64,000 nucleotides of DNA from an uncultured Clostridium sp. Lineage in GTDB: Bacteria > Bacillota > Clostridia > Christensenellales > CAG-138. Positions 31,297 to 40,284 of the stretch are shown one piece after another. The DNA is taken from positions 72,663 to 136,662 of the forward strand of contig UQNF01000001.1 in NCBI GenBank assembly GCA_900542285.1. The letters run 5' to 3'. Position 1 is the first letter of the stretch. The number at the start of each line of letters is the position of its first letter. The notes beneath the pieces are model-generated. The model saw nothing but the letters and a program-made list of their open reading frames with translations, did not search any database and was not told the DNA's origin. Position numbers and translations under genes: made by a program.

Positions 31297-34200
31297 ATGA
31301 ACGCGAAACGACTCAAGATGTTCATATCAGGGATGATGGCTCTCCTGATGCTGTTCACTTACATGACCTTTGTAAGCGCAGCGGACATCGCAGCAAGCGA
31401 CAAATCCGATAAGACGGATTTCAACGCTTCAATCGACAAGAACGGCGATGAATCAGCCGTTATCGATCCCAACACCGAGGTGACGATCCTTGTAAACGTC
31501 GGACACACGACCGCACTCCAGATAACCGGCAGTGTGGAAAACTCCACCAAAGCCGCTTCCTCCATTCTGAAGCAGCAGGCTGATGCAAAGAAGCAGATCG
31601 AAGACGTCCTCAATCAGAAGATTGAGATCGATAAGAACTACGTCCTTCTTTACAACGGTTTCAGCTTCAAGGAAACCTATGGTATGCTTGAAAAGATCAA
31701 CGCCATCGACGGTCTTCGCGCAACCATCCCTGCAAAATTTGATGTTCTCGGCAATGCCGACGACGACATACTAACCCCCAGCATGGGCAATAGCACCGTT
31801 ACTACCGGCGCAACCGAAGCATGGGAGCTCGGCTATAGCGGAGAAGGCAGCGTTGTCGCGGTTATCGATACCGGAATTCTCAGAACCCATGAGGCTTTCA
31901 GCGTAATGCCCGAAAGCGGAAGGTTCACTCCCGAATACCTTGAAGGTATCTATGCTCAGTACGGCCAGTATATGCATGCCGGAAGCGATATCAATCAGCT
32001 TTACTATAATGCTAAGCTTCCCTTCTGCTGGGACTACTATGACAATGACTACGATCCCAACCACACCGAGAGTGATCACGGTACCCATGTCGCAGGCATC
32101 GCAGCAGGCAACAACGGCGAAGATTTCAAGGGTATTGCTCCCGATGCACAGATCGTTGTTATGCAGGCTTTCCTTCCCGAGGGCGGCGCATATTGGACGG
32201 ATCTGCTTGCAGCTCTTGAAGACTGCGTATATCTCGGCGTTGATTCCATCAACATGAGCCTTGGTTCCGCAGCAGGATACTCCACTCCCTATACTTTCGT
32301 AGACGGCTTGGATGATGCTTTTGATATGCTTGAAGCACTCGGCATTTCCCTTGTTGCCGCAGCAGGCAACGATGGCAATACCATTGCATTCACCCACTAT
32401 GGCAACTGGTATGTTGGCAGGCGTGAAGGCCTTGCTTCCAACCCCGATATCGGTCTTGTCGGATCCCCCGCATCATTTACTCAGAGCTTCGCTGTTGCCT
32501 CCGTAGTAAATACCGTAAGCAACACCGGCCATCTGATTTATAACGGTGAGGACTATTACTATACCTCGATCTCTACCGCACCCGCGCTTGGCAGCATCGA
32601 GGGTATCTATGAGATTGTTTACGCAGGCTATGGCTCTGTCGAAGAGTTCGATACAATATCTGCTGAGGGTAAGCTCGTCCTCGTTCAGCGCGGCAACGGA
32701 TTGGCTTTTGTTGAAAAGTGCAACAACGCGATCGCAGCAGGCGCAGCGGGCATTCTCCTTTACAATAACATTGAAGGAAGCTTCCTGCCCAACGTAACCA
32801 CCACAATTCCCTTCGGCGCACTGAGCCTTGCACAAGGCGAAGCAATTCTAGAGGGCATTGATGGAGGAAACACCACCGCTCTAATCGACGGAAGCCTGAG
32901 CTATGACTCAATTGCAATGGCAAAGAGCTCAAGCTGGGGAACCACTTCTGACCTGCTCATTAAGCCTGAGATCAGCGCACCCGGCGATGGCATCACCTCC
33001 GCCGTCGGTCTTGGCTCGGACACCGATTATGAGACTTGGAGCGGAACCTCAATGGCAGCTCCTCATATCTCCGCTTCCATAGCGCTCGTCAAGCAACGTC
33101 TGCGCGGGATCTTTACCGACGCAACCGCACAGGAACTCAACGATCTTGCATACTCCTTCTTGATGAGCACAGCGCATCAGGTTCAGGGCTTTGTGCGTCA
33201 GCAGGGCGCAGGTATCGTCGATATTGCCAGCGCACTTGAGACTATGGCCTATCTCACCGTTCCCGGTTGTTCTCGCCCCAAGCTGGAGCTCGGTGACAAT
33301 GAGGACGGAACATTTACCTTCACTTTTGTTGTAAACAACATCGGCGATACCGAACGCAGCTATACCATCGTTCCCTTCGCAATGACCGAATATGTTTACG
33401 ATGCTGAGCATTCCGGCAGCTTCTACCTTCCCAATGAGGGCACCGTAACCGTAAAGCTCATCAACGGCACCACCTATGAAGTTACCTCTCTCGTTGACTT
33501 CGACGGCCCCGAGACTGTAACCGTTCCCGCAAACGGAACCGCAACAGTTACCATTACCATGACCGCTACCGAAGAGCTTATGGATTACTTCCATGAGAAC
33601 TGCGCTTCCGGCATGTATCTCGAAGGCTTCATTAAGCTGGTCGATAACGACGGCGAGAGCAACAATCTTTCCCTCCCCTTCCTCAGCTTTGTCGGCGATT
33701 GGGATTACCCCTCCATGCTTGACCGTGGTAATTATTGGCAGATCCCAACGGGTGAGTTCAACTATCAGCAGCTCACCACCGCCCCTGCAACCTATGCTGG
33801 ATACATGACCGATCAGGGCTTTGGTCTGAACAGATATGCAGACATGAAGGGCCACACCTTCAATCCCGATTGGAGCGCATTCTCCCCCAATGGTGACGGC
33901 ATACTTGATGCGTTCACCTATATGGAATTCAACCTTCTGAGGAACGCAAAGCTCGTCACTATCAACATTGAGGATGCAGAAGGCAACATTCTTGACAGCC
34001 TCTACACCTCTGACGAATATTCCTTCCGCAAGGAATACTTCACCGGAAGCATCAATGGCGGCAACACCTACAGCAGCCTCGTCGTTGACTACGATGGTTC
34101 TGATATTGCTGAAAACGAAACGGTTTACATCGTTCTCGAGACTTGGCTTGACCACGAGGGATATACCCCCGAAGCAAATGAGAGCGGACGCTGGAGTATC

Positions 34201-36903
34201 CCCCTCACCAAGGATACCGTTGCTCCCGACATCATCGTAACCGAAGATGGCTTCAATGTCATCGACAGCAACTATGTCGCCTATTACTCCGTACACGCAG
34301 ACGAAGAGCGCACTGAGCTTCTTTATGAGACCGGCGTATTCGCCTACGAGCGCGGACAGGCTGAACACTTTGCAAACGCCACCGGAGCAGAAGTCGTTTA
34401 TGTAACCGTAGCCGACTATGCAGGCAACGAAGCATTCTATGAAGTCAACCTTGAGACCGGCGCTGTTATCCAGTCCGACATTGAGGCATTTGATTACGGC
34501 CGCACCATCATCGGTCAGAGCAGCAAGAACTATGAATCCGGCTACTATGATTTCAACTGGCTCAGCTTCAGGAGCGATCTGCCCGGCACCGTGACCAGGC
34601 TGACCGATTCGGATGAACTGCCCCCCATCTTCACCGAAGAAGGATATGATTTGGATATCAAGTCCACCAGCGTTAACAGGGACGGCGTCCTCTATGCCAA
34701 CGGCTTGTATGAAATTTTCATTCTTGATCCCGAAACCTTTGAGCGCACCTCGGTATTCGATATCCGCGAAGTCGTTCCTGAAGGAACTTATGCGGCAGAT
34801 ATACAGCAGATAGCGTTCAATAAGGGTACTAATGACCTGTATGCTGCATTGTATTTCTACTATGCTCCCGGTTATCCGGATGGATACAGCTTCTGCAGGA
34901 TCGACCTTGAAACAGCGGAAATCGAACCTCTCTTCACTCTCTCCTATATGGATTTTGAACGTGCGGCATTCGCAGGAATGTTGTTCCTTGAAGAGGACGA
35001 GCTCTGCGTATACGGCGGAAGAAAGACCATTACCGTTTATGACCTTAACGGCAACATCCTCCGCGAGTACACAATGGACAGCGTCTTTGAGCCCGAATAC
35101 AACGGTCTCATCATCGGACCGCGCACCTACTACGGCGGAAGCATGCTCTATGATGAGAACACCCACTGCCTGTACTATTCCGGTGACTATTCCTGGTTCC
35201 GCGATGCCAGGTATGATTCCGGCGGACTTGTCAAGTTCAATCTTGATACCGGCGCAACTACCCTTTCCATCGTCGGTAACGACCACGGCTATGTTGTAAC
35301 CGGCATGTTCTTTGCCGATTCCCTCGTACCTATTCCCGATATCGAGATCGAAAGCTACGATTTAGACTGCGGTGATGAAATCGATGTTGCTATCGGCAGC
35401 ACCACAAATATCACAGCTACCGCAAATCCCACCGGAGCCAATAACTTTGACGTTGTTTGGACTTCCGCTGATGAAAGCATCGCTTCCGTATCCGGAAATA
35501 AGCGCGGAGCAGATATCGTCGCCAATGGTCTTGGTGAAACCACTATTACCTGCACCGTAATGGTTGGCGAAGATGTCTTCTGCACCAAGGAGATATCCGT
35601 AAGCGTACACCCCGATTATGAGCTCAGTGCTGCAGTTAACGCTGAAGGCGGCAACTTCGACTTCATCTCTACCGGCTCTTACCAGTTCAGGCCCGTTCAG
35701 GAGGGTGACAGGTACTACGCCAAGGCCAACAACAGCGGCGCAAGCAACTCTGTTGCAACAATGACTACAGAGGTTGTACTTTATGGCGGCGATGTAGTGT
35801 CCTTCGATTACTTCGTAAGCAGCGAAGCATACTACGATTTCTTCAGGGTTTACATCAACGGCAGCATGGTTGCCGGCAACTCCGGAGATGTAGATTGGAC
35901 CACCTTCACCTACACCGCACCCGATACCGGTGTTTATGAGATAACCTGGACTTACTCCAAGGATAACAGCGGTAACGCCGGCCTCGATACCGCAGGCGTT
36001 GATAACTTCAGCATTGACAGGGCAGATCTTGTAAACGTCGAAAGCGTTTCCATTGACCCTGAAACCATGGAGCTTACCATCGGCGCAATTGGCAGCGTCA
36101 GCCTCATCGCTGAGCCTGCCGGCTCTAACAACTATCTTGTTGAGTGGTCTTCATCCGACGAGAGTATCGCCACCGTGAACGGCGATTCCCATGGTGCAAC
36201 GATCAACACTCGCGGTACCGGTACTGCAACCATTACATGTACTGTCTATGTTGATGGCGAGGTATTCGCAGCAGTATCGACCGAAGTCACAGTCGAACCC
36301 GACTATGAGCTCAACCTTGCTGCAAATATCGAAGGCGGTCAGCTTGATTTCATCAACGGCGCACCCTACGGTTTCATCCCCGAGCATGAGGGTGACAGAT
36401 ATCTGTTGATGTCCAATAATGTCGGCATTAACAATTCCGCAGCAACACTGAGTACCGTTATCTACATGAACGCAGGCGATACCCTGAGCTTTGACTACTG
36501 GTTAAGCAGTGAGAGCGGATACGATGTATTCGTCTTCGCAGTCAACGGCGTAAACGAATTGCGTAAGTCCGGTGAAGTAGATTGGACCACACATACCTTC
36601 ACCGCTGATGAAGACGGCGAATACACCTTTGAATGGTCCTATCGCAAGGACAGCTCCGCAGCTGCCGGTGCAGATATGGCAAAGGTGGACAATGTCGCAC
36701 TCGACACTAACGGTCACTTGATGGGCGACGTAAACCTTGACGGCAGCGTAGATACTGTTGACGCAGTTCTCGTCCTCCGCCATTCCATGGAGGTTAGCAG
36801 CCTCGATGAGGAAGCAATCGTCCTCGCAGATGTCAACGGCGATGGAGTTATTACTGCCGCCGATGCCATCCTCATTCTCCGCATGGCTTCAGCTCTAAGC
36901 TGA
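31297..36903 (+). CDS. Secreted multidomain subtilisin-like (S8) serine protease with PA insert, duplicated Big_2 + beta-sandwich cassettes and a C-terminal dockerin
   Basis: Signal peptide, then a catalytic triad in canonical contexts: D191 (VVAVIDTGI), H261 (DHGTHVAG), S585 (SGTSMAAPH). PA-like insert (GKLVLVQRGNGLAFVEKCNNAIAAGAAGILLYNN). Two Big_2-like segments. Dockerin repeats DVNLDGSVDTVDAVLVLR and DVNGDGVITAADAILILR. Confidence 0.9.
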   Translation: MNAKRLKMFISGMMALLMLFTYMTFVSAADIAASDKSDKTDFNASIDKNGDESAVIDPNTEVTILVNVGHTTALQITGSVENSTKAASSILKQQADAKKQIEDVLNQKIEIDKNYVLLYNGFSFKETYGMLEKINAIDGLRATIPAKFDVLGNADDDILTPSMGNSTVTTGATEAWELGYSGEGSVVAVIDTGILRTHEAFSVMPESGRFTPEYLEGIYAQYGQYMHAGSDINQLYYNAKLPFCWDYYDNDYDPNHTESDHGTHVAGIAAGNNGEDFKGIAPDAQIVVMQAFLPEGGAYWTDLLAALEDCVYLGVDSINMSLGSAAGYSTPYTFVDGLDDAFDMLEALGISLVAAAGNDGNTIAFTHYGNWYVGRREGLASNPDIGLVGSPASFTQSFAVASVVNTVSNTGHLIYNGEDYYYTSISTAPALGSIEGIYEIVYAGYGSVEEFDTISAEGKLVLVQRGNGLAFVEKCNNAIAAGAAGILLYNNIEGSFLPNVTTTIPFGALSLAQGEAILEGIDGGNTTALIDGSLSYDSIAMAKSSSWGTTSDLLIKPEISAPGDGITSAVGLGSDTDYETWSGTSMAAPHISASIALVKQRLRGIFTDATAQELNDLAYSFLMSTAHQVQGFVRQQGAGIVDIASALETMAYLTVPGCSRPKLELGDNEDGTFTFTFVVNNIGDTERSYTIVPFAMTEYVYDAEHSGSFYLPNEGTVTVKLINGTTYEVTSLVDFDGPETVTVPANGTATVTITMTATEELMDYFHENCASGMYLEGFIKLVDNDGESNNLSLPFLSFVGDWDYPSMLDRGNYWQIPTGEFNYQQLTTAPATYAGYMTDQGFGLNRYADMKGHTFNPDWSAFSPNGDGILDAFTYMEFNLLRNAKLVTINIEDAEGNILDSLYTSDEYSFRKEYFTGSINGGNTYSSLVVDYDGSDIAENETVYIVLETWLDHEGYTPEANESGRWSIPLTKDTVAPDIIVTEDGFNVIDSNYVAYYSVHADEERTELLYETGVFAYERGQAEHFANATGAEVVYVTVADYAGNEAFYEVNLETGAVIQSDIEAFDYGRTIIGQSSKNYESGYYDFNWLSFRSDLPGTVTRLTDSDELPPIFTEEGYDLDIKSTSVNRDGVLYANGLYEIFILDPETFERTSVFDIREVVPEGTYAADIQQIAFNKGTNDLYAALYFYYAPGYPDGYSFCRIDLETAEIEPLFTLSYMDFERAAFAGMLFLEEDELCVYGGRKTITVYDLNGNILREYTMDSVFEPEYNGLIIGPRTYYGGSMLYDENTHCLYYSGDYSWFRDARYDSGGLVKFNLDTGATTLSIVGNDHGYVVTGMFFADSLVPIPDIEIESYDLDCGDEIDVAIGSTTNITATANPTGANNFDVVWTSADESIASVSGNKRGADIVANGLGETTITCTVMVGEDVFCTKEISVSVHPDYELSAAVNAEGGNFDFISTGSYQFRPVQEGDRYYAKANNSGASNSVATMTTEVVLYGGDVVSFDYFVSSEAYYDFFRVYINGSMVAGNSGDVDWTTFTYTAPDTGVYEITWTYSKDNSGNAGLDTAGVDNFSIDRADLVNVESVSIDPETMELTIGAIGSVSLIAEPAGSNNYLVEWSSSDESIATVNGDSHGATINTRGTGTATITCTVYVDGEVFAAVSTEVTVEPDYELNLAANIEGGQLDFINGAPYGFIPEHEGDRYLLMSNNVGINNSAATLSTVIYMNAGDTLSFDYWLSSESGYDVFVFAVNGVNELRKSGEVDWTTHTFTADEDGEYTFEWSYRKDSSAAAGADMAKVDNVALDTNGHLMGDVNLDGSVDTVDAVLVLRHSMEVSSLDEEAIVLADVNGDGVITAADAILILRMASALS
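35347..36708 (+). repeat. Tandem duplication (2 x ~228 aa) of a Big_2 + beta-sandwich cassette inside the S8 protease gene
   Basis: Unit 1 spans 35347-36030 and unit 2 spans 36037-36708. They align along their whole length at the protein level (VWTSADESIASV/EWSSSDESIATV; EGDRYYAKANNSG/EGDRYLLMSNNVG; SFDYFVSSE/SFDYWLSSE; VDWTTFTYTA/VDWTTHTFTA). The DNA has diverged. Confidence 0.85.
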
Positions 36904-36916
36904 TTCCATTAATATA

Positions 36917-37006
36917 GCAGCGGTGATCCTCCTCTATTATCACCGCTGCAAAATGGTTTTCGTGTACCCCTCCTATGTTGCCCCGACGGTTATCGTTCCG
37001 TCGGGG
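36917..37006 (+). terminator. Two consecutive stem-loops downstream of the protease gene
   Basis: GCAGCGGTGAT-(11 nt)-ATCACCGCTGC (36917-36949) and CCCCGACGG-(8 nt)-CCGTCGGGG-TTTAAATTT (36981-37006). Confidence 0.55.
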
Positions 37007-37393
37007 TTTAAATTTGCTGTTTGCTTTCAAATAGTATTCTCGCCATAGTGATGGTGTTTGAATCTTCTTGCCTGCTTCATGCAATGATCCTATCATCATG
37101 TTTCAGCGATTTTATTATGGATATTAGGTTTTCCTAGGTTTCATGATAAGACCCGATTCAGAATCTTAGTCCCCATTTCATTCCAATCGAATAGCGGCAT
37201 TCGATTGTTCTCATATTGCCAATGGATTTGACTATATTTTGTATTACTGTTTTTATAACATCCATAATGAAATTATTCTAACAGTGAAATTGTTCATGTA
37301 TTTTTCGGGTCTTGTTTGCATTTAACACTTTGCCTGCGCTGCAAAAAATGCAAACTATATTGTGTTTTGACACAGAAAATTCATAATTTTCTA

Positions 37394-37422
37394 TTGCATT
37401 TACAGTATCTTTTTAGTAAAAT
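37394..37422 (+). promoter_or_regulatory. Candidate promoter of the L,D-transpeptidase gene
   Basis: TTGCAT (37394-37399), 17 nt, TAAAAT (37417-37422). Confidence 0.45.
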
Positions 37423-37522
37423 AGGCACGCTGGGAGTAAACCCCGGATACAGTTAAAAGAGCACCCGATGGCTTTGCACGACCCAACGGATATGGCGTAT
37501 TTGATGTTTGGAGGTCTCCGCT

Positions 37523-38758
37523 GTGCGCAGAATAATTTGTGTTATATTAAGTCTTGTTTCTTTATTTTCCCTGTTTGCTTGTTCTCAAGTTACAAATAAT
37601 GAAGTTACCCCTGAGCCTTCGCAGTATGCTCAGATAAGCCCTGAACCCGTAACTATCGAGCCTGTTGTGACCGAGCCTCCGGCAACCCCCGAAATAACTG
37701 TCGAACCGACAGCCACTCCGGAGCCCACTCCCGAACCAACCGCTACTCCGGATCCGACTCCGGAGCCTTCCCATACCCCAAAGCCCACGCCATATTGCAA
37801 CCCTTTCCCCACCAGCGATGCGGAGATTAAGCGCGCAAATGCAGGCAAGCGGTTTATGGAGAAGCTTAAAGCAACGGAGGGCTATGAAGATCTCAATCTC
37901 AAAGCCAAGTACGGATTCCCCTACCTAATTTGCGTGAATAACATCAATAGCTGTGTTACCGTATTTTGCGTTGATGAGAACGGCTACTATACCCGTCCGT
38001 ATTTGTCTATGGTCTGCTCAGGCGGCGTTGATACTCCCGAAGGTATTTTCAAGACACCTGCGCGGTATAGCTGGCATGTGCTCATGGGACCTTGCTACGG
38101 TCAGTACTGTACTCGTATCGTGCGTGGTGTGCTGTTCCATTCCGTCCCATACTATACGCCGCACAAGTATGATCTTCAGTATAGGAGCTTTAACCGTCTT
38201 GGCTGGATAATCTCTCATGGCTGTATAAGGCTTGCCGTCAACGATGCCAAGTGGATTTACGATAATTGTCCTATCGGAACCACTGTCGTCATCTACAACG
38301 ACAGAAGCAGCGTCGGCCCTATGAGCAGACCCTATCCGATAAGAATAGACGCATCCAACCTCTTCAGGCGCGGATGGGATCCCACCGATCCGGATGATGC
38401 CAACCCATATGGCGACGAATATAAGATGGGCTCAACTCTGCGCAGCGAACTCGCTTGGGAGGACTACTACTACGCCATAGAAAATGGCCTTTGGGATGAC
38501 AGTATCAACCCGCCGGAGCGCCCGACGGCCACTCCGGACTTCACCCCCACGCCTGCGCCTACCGACACTCCTGAGCCGACTGAAGTACCTTCGGAGACGC
38601 CCACTCCGATGCCCACGGAAACGCCGGTCGCCGACACTCCGACTCCGGTGCCCACCATCACGCCTACGCCTACCCCAACCCCAACGATGGTGCCGACTCC
38701 TTCTCCGGAGCCAACGGTTACTCCGGATCCTAAGATCACGCCGACGCCCAATCCGTAA
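37523..38758 (+). CDS. Lipoprotein L,D-transpeptidase (YkuD family) flanked by Pro/Thr-rich linkers
   Basis: Catalytic motif ISHGCIRLAVNDAKWIY. The GTG at 37523 follows GGAGG, and the signal peptide has the lipobox LFAC. Pro/Thr/Glu-rich tracts lie at 37607-37792 and 38513-38755. Confidence 0.85.
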   Translation: MRRIICVILSLVSLFSLFACSQVTNNEVTPEPSQYAQISPEPVTIEPVVTEPPATPEITVEPTATPEPTPEPTATPDPTPEPSHTPKPTPYCNPFPTSDAEIKRANAGKRFMEKLKATEGYEDLNLKAKYGFPYLICVNNINSCVTVFCVDENGYYTRPYLSMVCSGGVDTPEGIFKTPARYSWHVLMGPCYGQYCTRIVRGVLFHSVPYYTPHKYDLQYRSFNRLGWIISHGCIRLAVNDAKWIYDNCPIGTTVVIYNDRSSVGPMSRPYPIRIDASNLFRRGWDPTDPDDANPYGDEYKMGSTLRSELAWEDYYYAIENGLWDDSINPPERPTATPDFTPTPAPTDTPEPTEVPSETPTPMPTETPVADTPTPVPTITPTPTPTPTMVPTPSPEPTVTPDPKITPTPNP

Positions 38759-38991
38759 CCGATCCTTTCTGACTTATCAACGGCCGCTGACTTCCAAAGT
38801 CGGCGGCCGTCATCTATAAAGTGACCAATCGTTTTCGCGCGATGCGGAGATTTGAATTCAATTTCTCCGCGATGCTCGCGAATAGAATCTAATGCAATTT
38901 GCTATATTTTGAGAATATAGCATAATCAGCTAATAGAAGGGGCTGTTAACTAAGCATGTTTGCTTAATTATCAGCCCCTACGATATTCCTG

Positions 38992-40284
38992 TTACTTATC
39001 CACTATCGTTTTATACAGTCGTTTTGCACGCTTTGCGTCCTCTGCAGTCGGTTCTTCATCCAAGTCATACCTCGCCTTGCGATAGGTTTCGGTGAATTCC
39101 GGCAGCGCATCCCTGGCTTCAGCGCCAATGACCGACGCAAGCTTTTCAACCTCTTCACAGGTATCCGATTTTTTGACGGAATATTTTCTGTTTTTCTTCA
39201 GATACCTTAGAAACCTGGCGTAATACTGCCTAATCTTTGACCTTGGCGAACGATCAGGTTTCTCAGTCCGTCCATCGCTTTCATTTTCCGTCACCTGCTC
39301 GCGTTCTTCATAAAAATATGAATTGCCCGATGTCTTTTTTCCCTGCTTTAGCAGCTTACTGAACACTATGTACAGTGCCAAAGCGATAACAAGCACGGCA
39401 AACAGAATGATTAATACCCTTGCGAAATCCGATGAGCTTTCTTCGGGCGGCGGCGTCTCCGGAGGATATGTAACTGCCTCCATTGACGGCGGCGGGGTGA
39501 TATCTGACCTTGTCGGAACTATCGGGTCTTCTGCAGGCGGGCCGATTGGGGGCGGATTCTTGTTTGTGAGAGCGTCCTCGAGCAAAGAAAACTGCTTTCC
39601 AATCCATGCGGCTAACGGTTCTAAGACGCCTCCCCCAAGCCATATAAAGAACCTCTTCAGCAATCCGATAAGGCCAGTGGCAGTAATGAGAACACAGCCC
39701 ACAAAAAACAAGAGCGTATCCCTAAACTGCCTCCTGTTGAATTCATTATCCTGATCAGTTACAGCGCGAAGTCCTCTGAGCAGCAATATACCCATTACTA
39801 CCGATATTACGAATAATGGAACCGAGTTGATGATTGCAGCGAATGTGTTTCCACCGTTAATCAGCTGATTCTGTACACCGCTTGAGAACAAGCCAACGAC
39901 GCAAAACAGAAGTGCAACAACTGTCAGCGAATACTTGAACTTGGATAAAAAATCTAAGTGCGTTGTGTTATAGTTCAGCACCCTTTCAAGCGCTATGGTC
40001 AGAATAACCGCTGCTGCATGAATAGCATAATACACGGCATGACATCCGTCCAACGCAATGAATGCAGCTCCGCCAAGCATAAGAACTATTCCTATTACTT
40101 TGAAGATGCGTTCGCTTTGCTTCAGATTCGGAATAATATCTCCGAGCATGTAGATGAAAACTCCAAGCCACAGCAGTACAAAACTCCAGATTGGATAAAG
40201 CTCGCCAATAATGCTTCCGATCACCATGCATATTGACGTGAGCAGAATTCCAACAATGTAGGCTATTCGAAGGAATCTGTTCAT
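38992..40284 (-). CDS. Polytopic membrane protein with a C-terminal DUF4129-like domain
   Basis: 430 aa: about 7 hydrophobic helices, a Pro-rich linker, one more TM, then a cytoplasmic tail (RQYYARFLRYLKKNRKYSVKKSDTCEEV...ETYRKARYD) resembling DUF4129. Third gene of the MoxR operon, with a 4-nt overlap to the upstream gene. Confidence 0.65.
   Translation of the reverse strand: MNRFLRIAYIVGILLTSICMVIGSIIGELYPIWSFVLLWLGVFIYMLGDIIPNLKQSERIFKVIGIVLMLGGAAFIALDGCHAVYYAIHAAAVILTIALERVLNYNTTHLDFLSKFKYSLTVVALLFCVVGLFSSGVQNQLINGGNTFAAIINSVPLFVISVVMGILLLRGLRAVTDQDNEFNRRQFRDTLLFFVGCVLITATGLIGLLKRFFIWLGGGVLEPLAAWIGKQFSLLEDALTNKNPPPIGPPAEDPIVPTRSDITPPPSMEAVTYPPETPPPEESSSDFARVLIILFAVLVIALALYIVFSKLLKQGKKTSGNSYFYEEREQVTENESDGRTEKPDRSPRSKIRQYYARFLRYLKKNRKYSVKKSDTCEEVEKLASVIGAEARDALPEFTETYRKARYDLDEEPTAEDAKRAKRLYKTIVDK

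Noticed and set aside
33049-35286. 745-aa ORF antisense to the S8 protease gene, and similar long antisense ORFs at 31771-32397, 43930-44634, 48320-49243 and 55335-56690.
   Set aside because: Each lies entirely inside a well-supported gene on the opposite strand. Their translations are low-complexity (Gly/Ala/Val/Cys-rich) with no motifs, RBS or promoter. Such shadow ORFs are expected from codon bias in moderately GC-rich coding DNA.
36872-37099. 75-aa minus-strand ORF in the spacer after the protease gene.
   Set aside because: It overlaps the protease stop and both terminator hairpins, and it has no RBS and an odd composition.
37423-37522. The leader of the L,D-transpeptidase gene as a possible c-di-GMP (GEMM-I) or ydaO-type riboswitch; GCACGCTGGGAGTAAACC vaguely resembles GCACAGGGCAAACC.
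   Set aside because: The second conserved half and the pairing elements are absent, the GCAAAGCC-like element is on the wrong strand, and the leader is too short for ydaO.
37607-38755. Repetitive ACNCCNGAGCC-type DNA at 37607-37792 and 38513-38755, considered as a tandem repeat, a CRISPR-like array or a mobile element.
   Set aside because: Both tracts are in frame within the Ldt gene and encode Pro/Thr/Glu linkers. There are no identical direct repeats with unique spacers.
38835-38990. Hairpins between the Ldt gene and the DUF4129 gene (GCGGAGATTTGAATTCAATTTCTCCGC; AGGGGCTG...CAGCCCCT), considered as a possible regulatory RNA.
   Set aside because: They lie between convergent genes, which is the position expected for ordinary convergent terminators. 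Nothing else distinguishes them.
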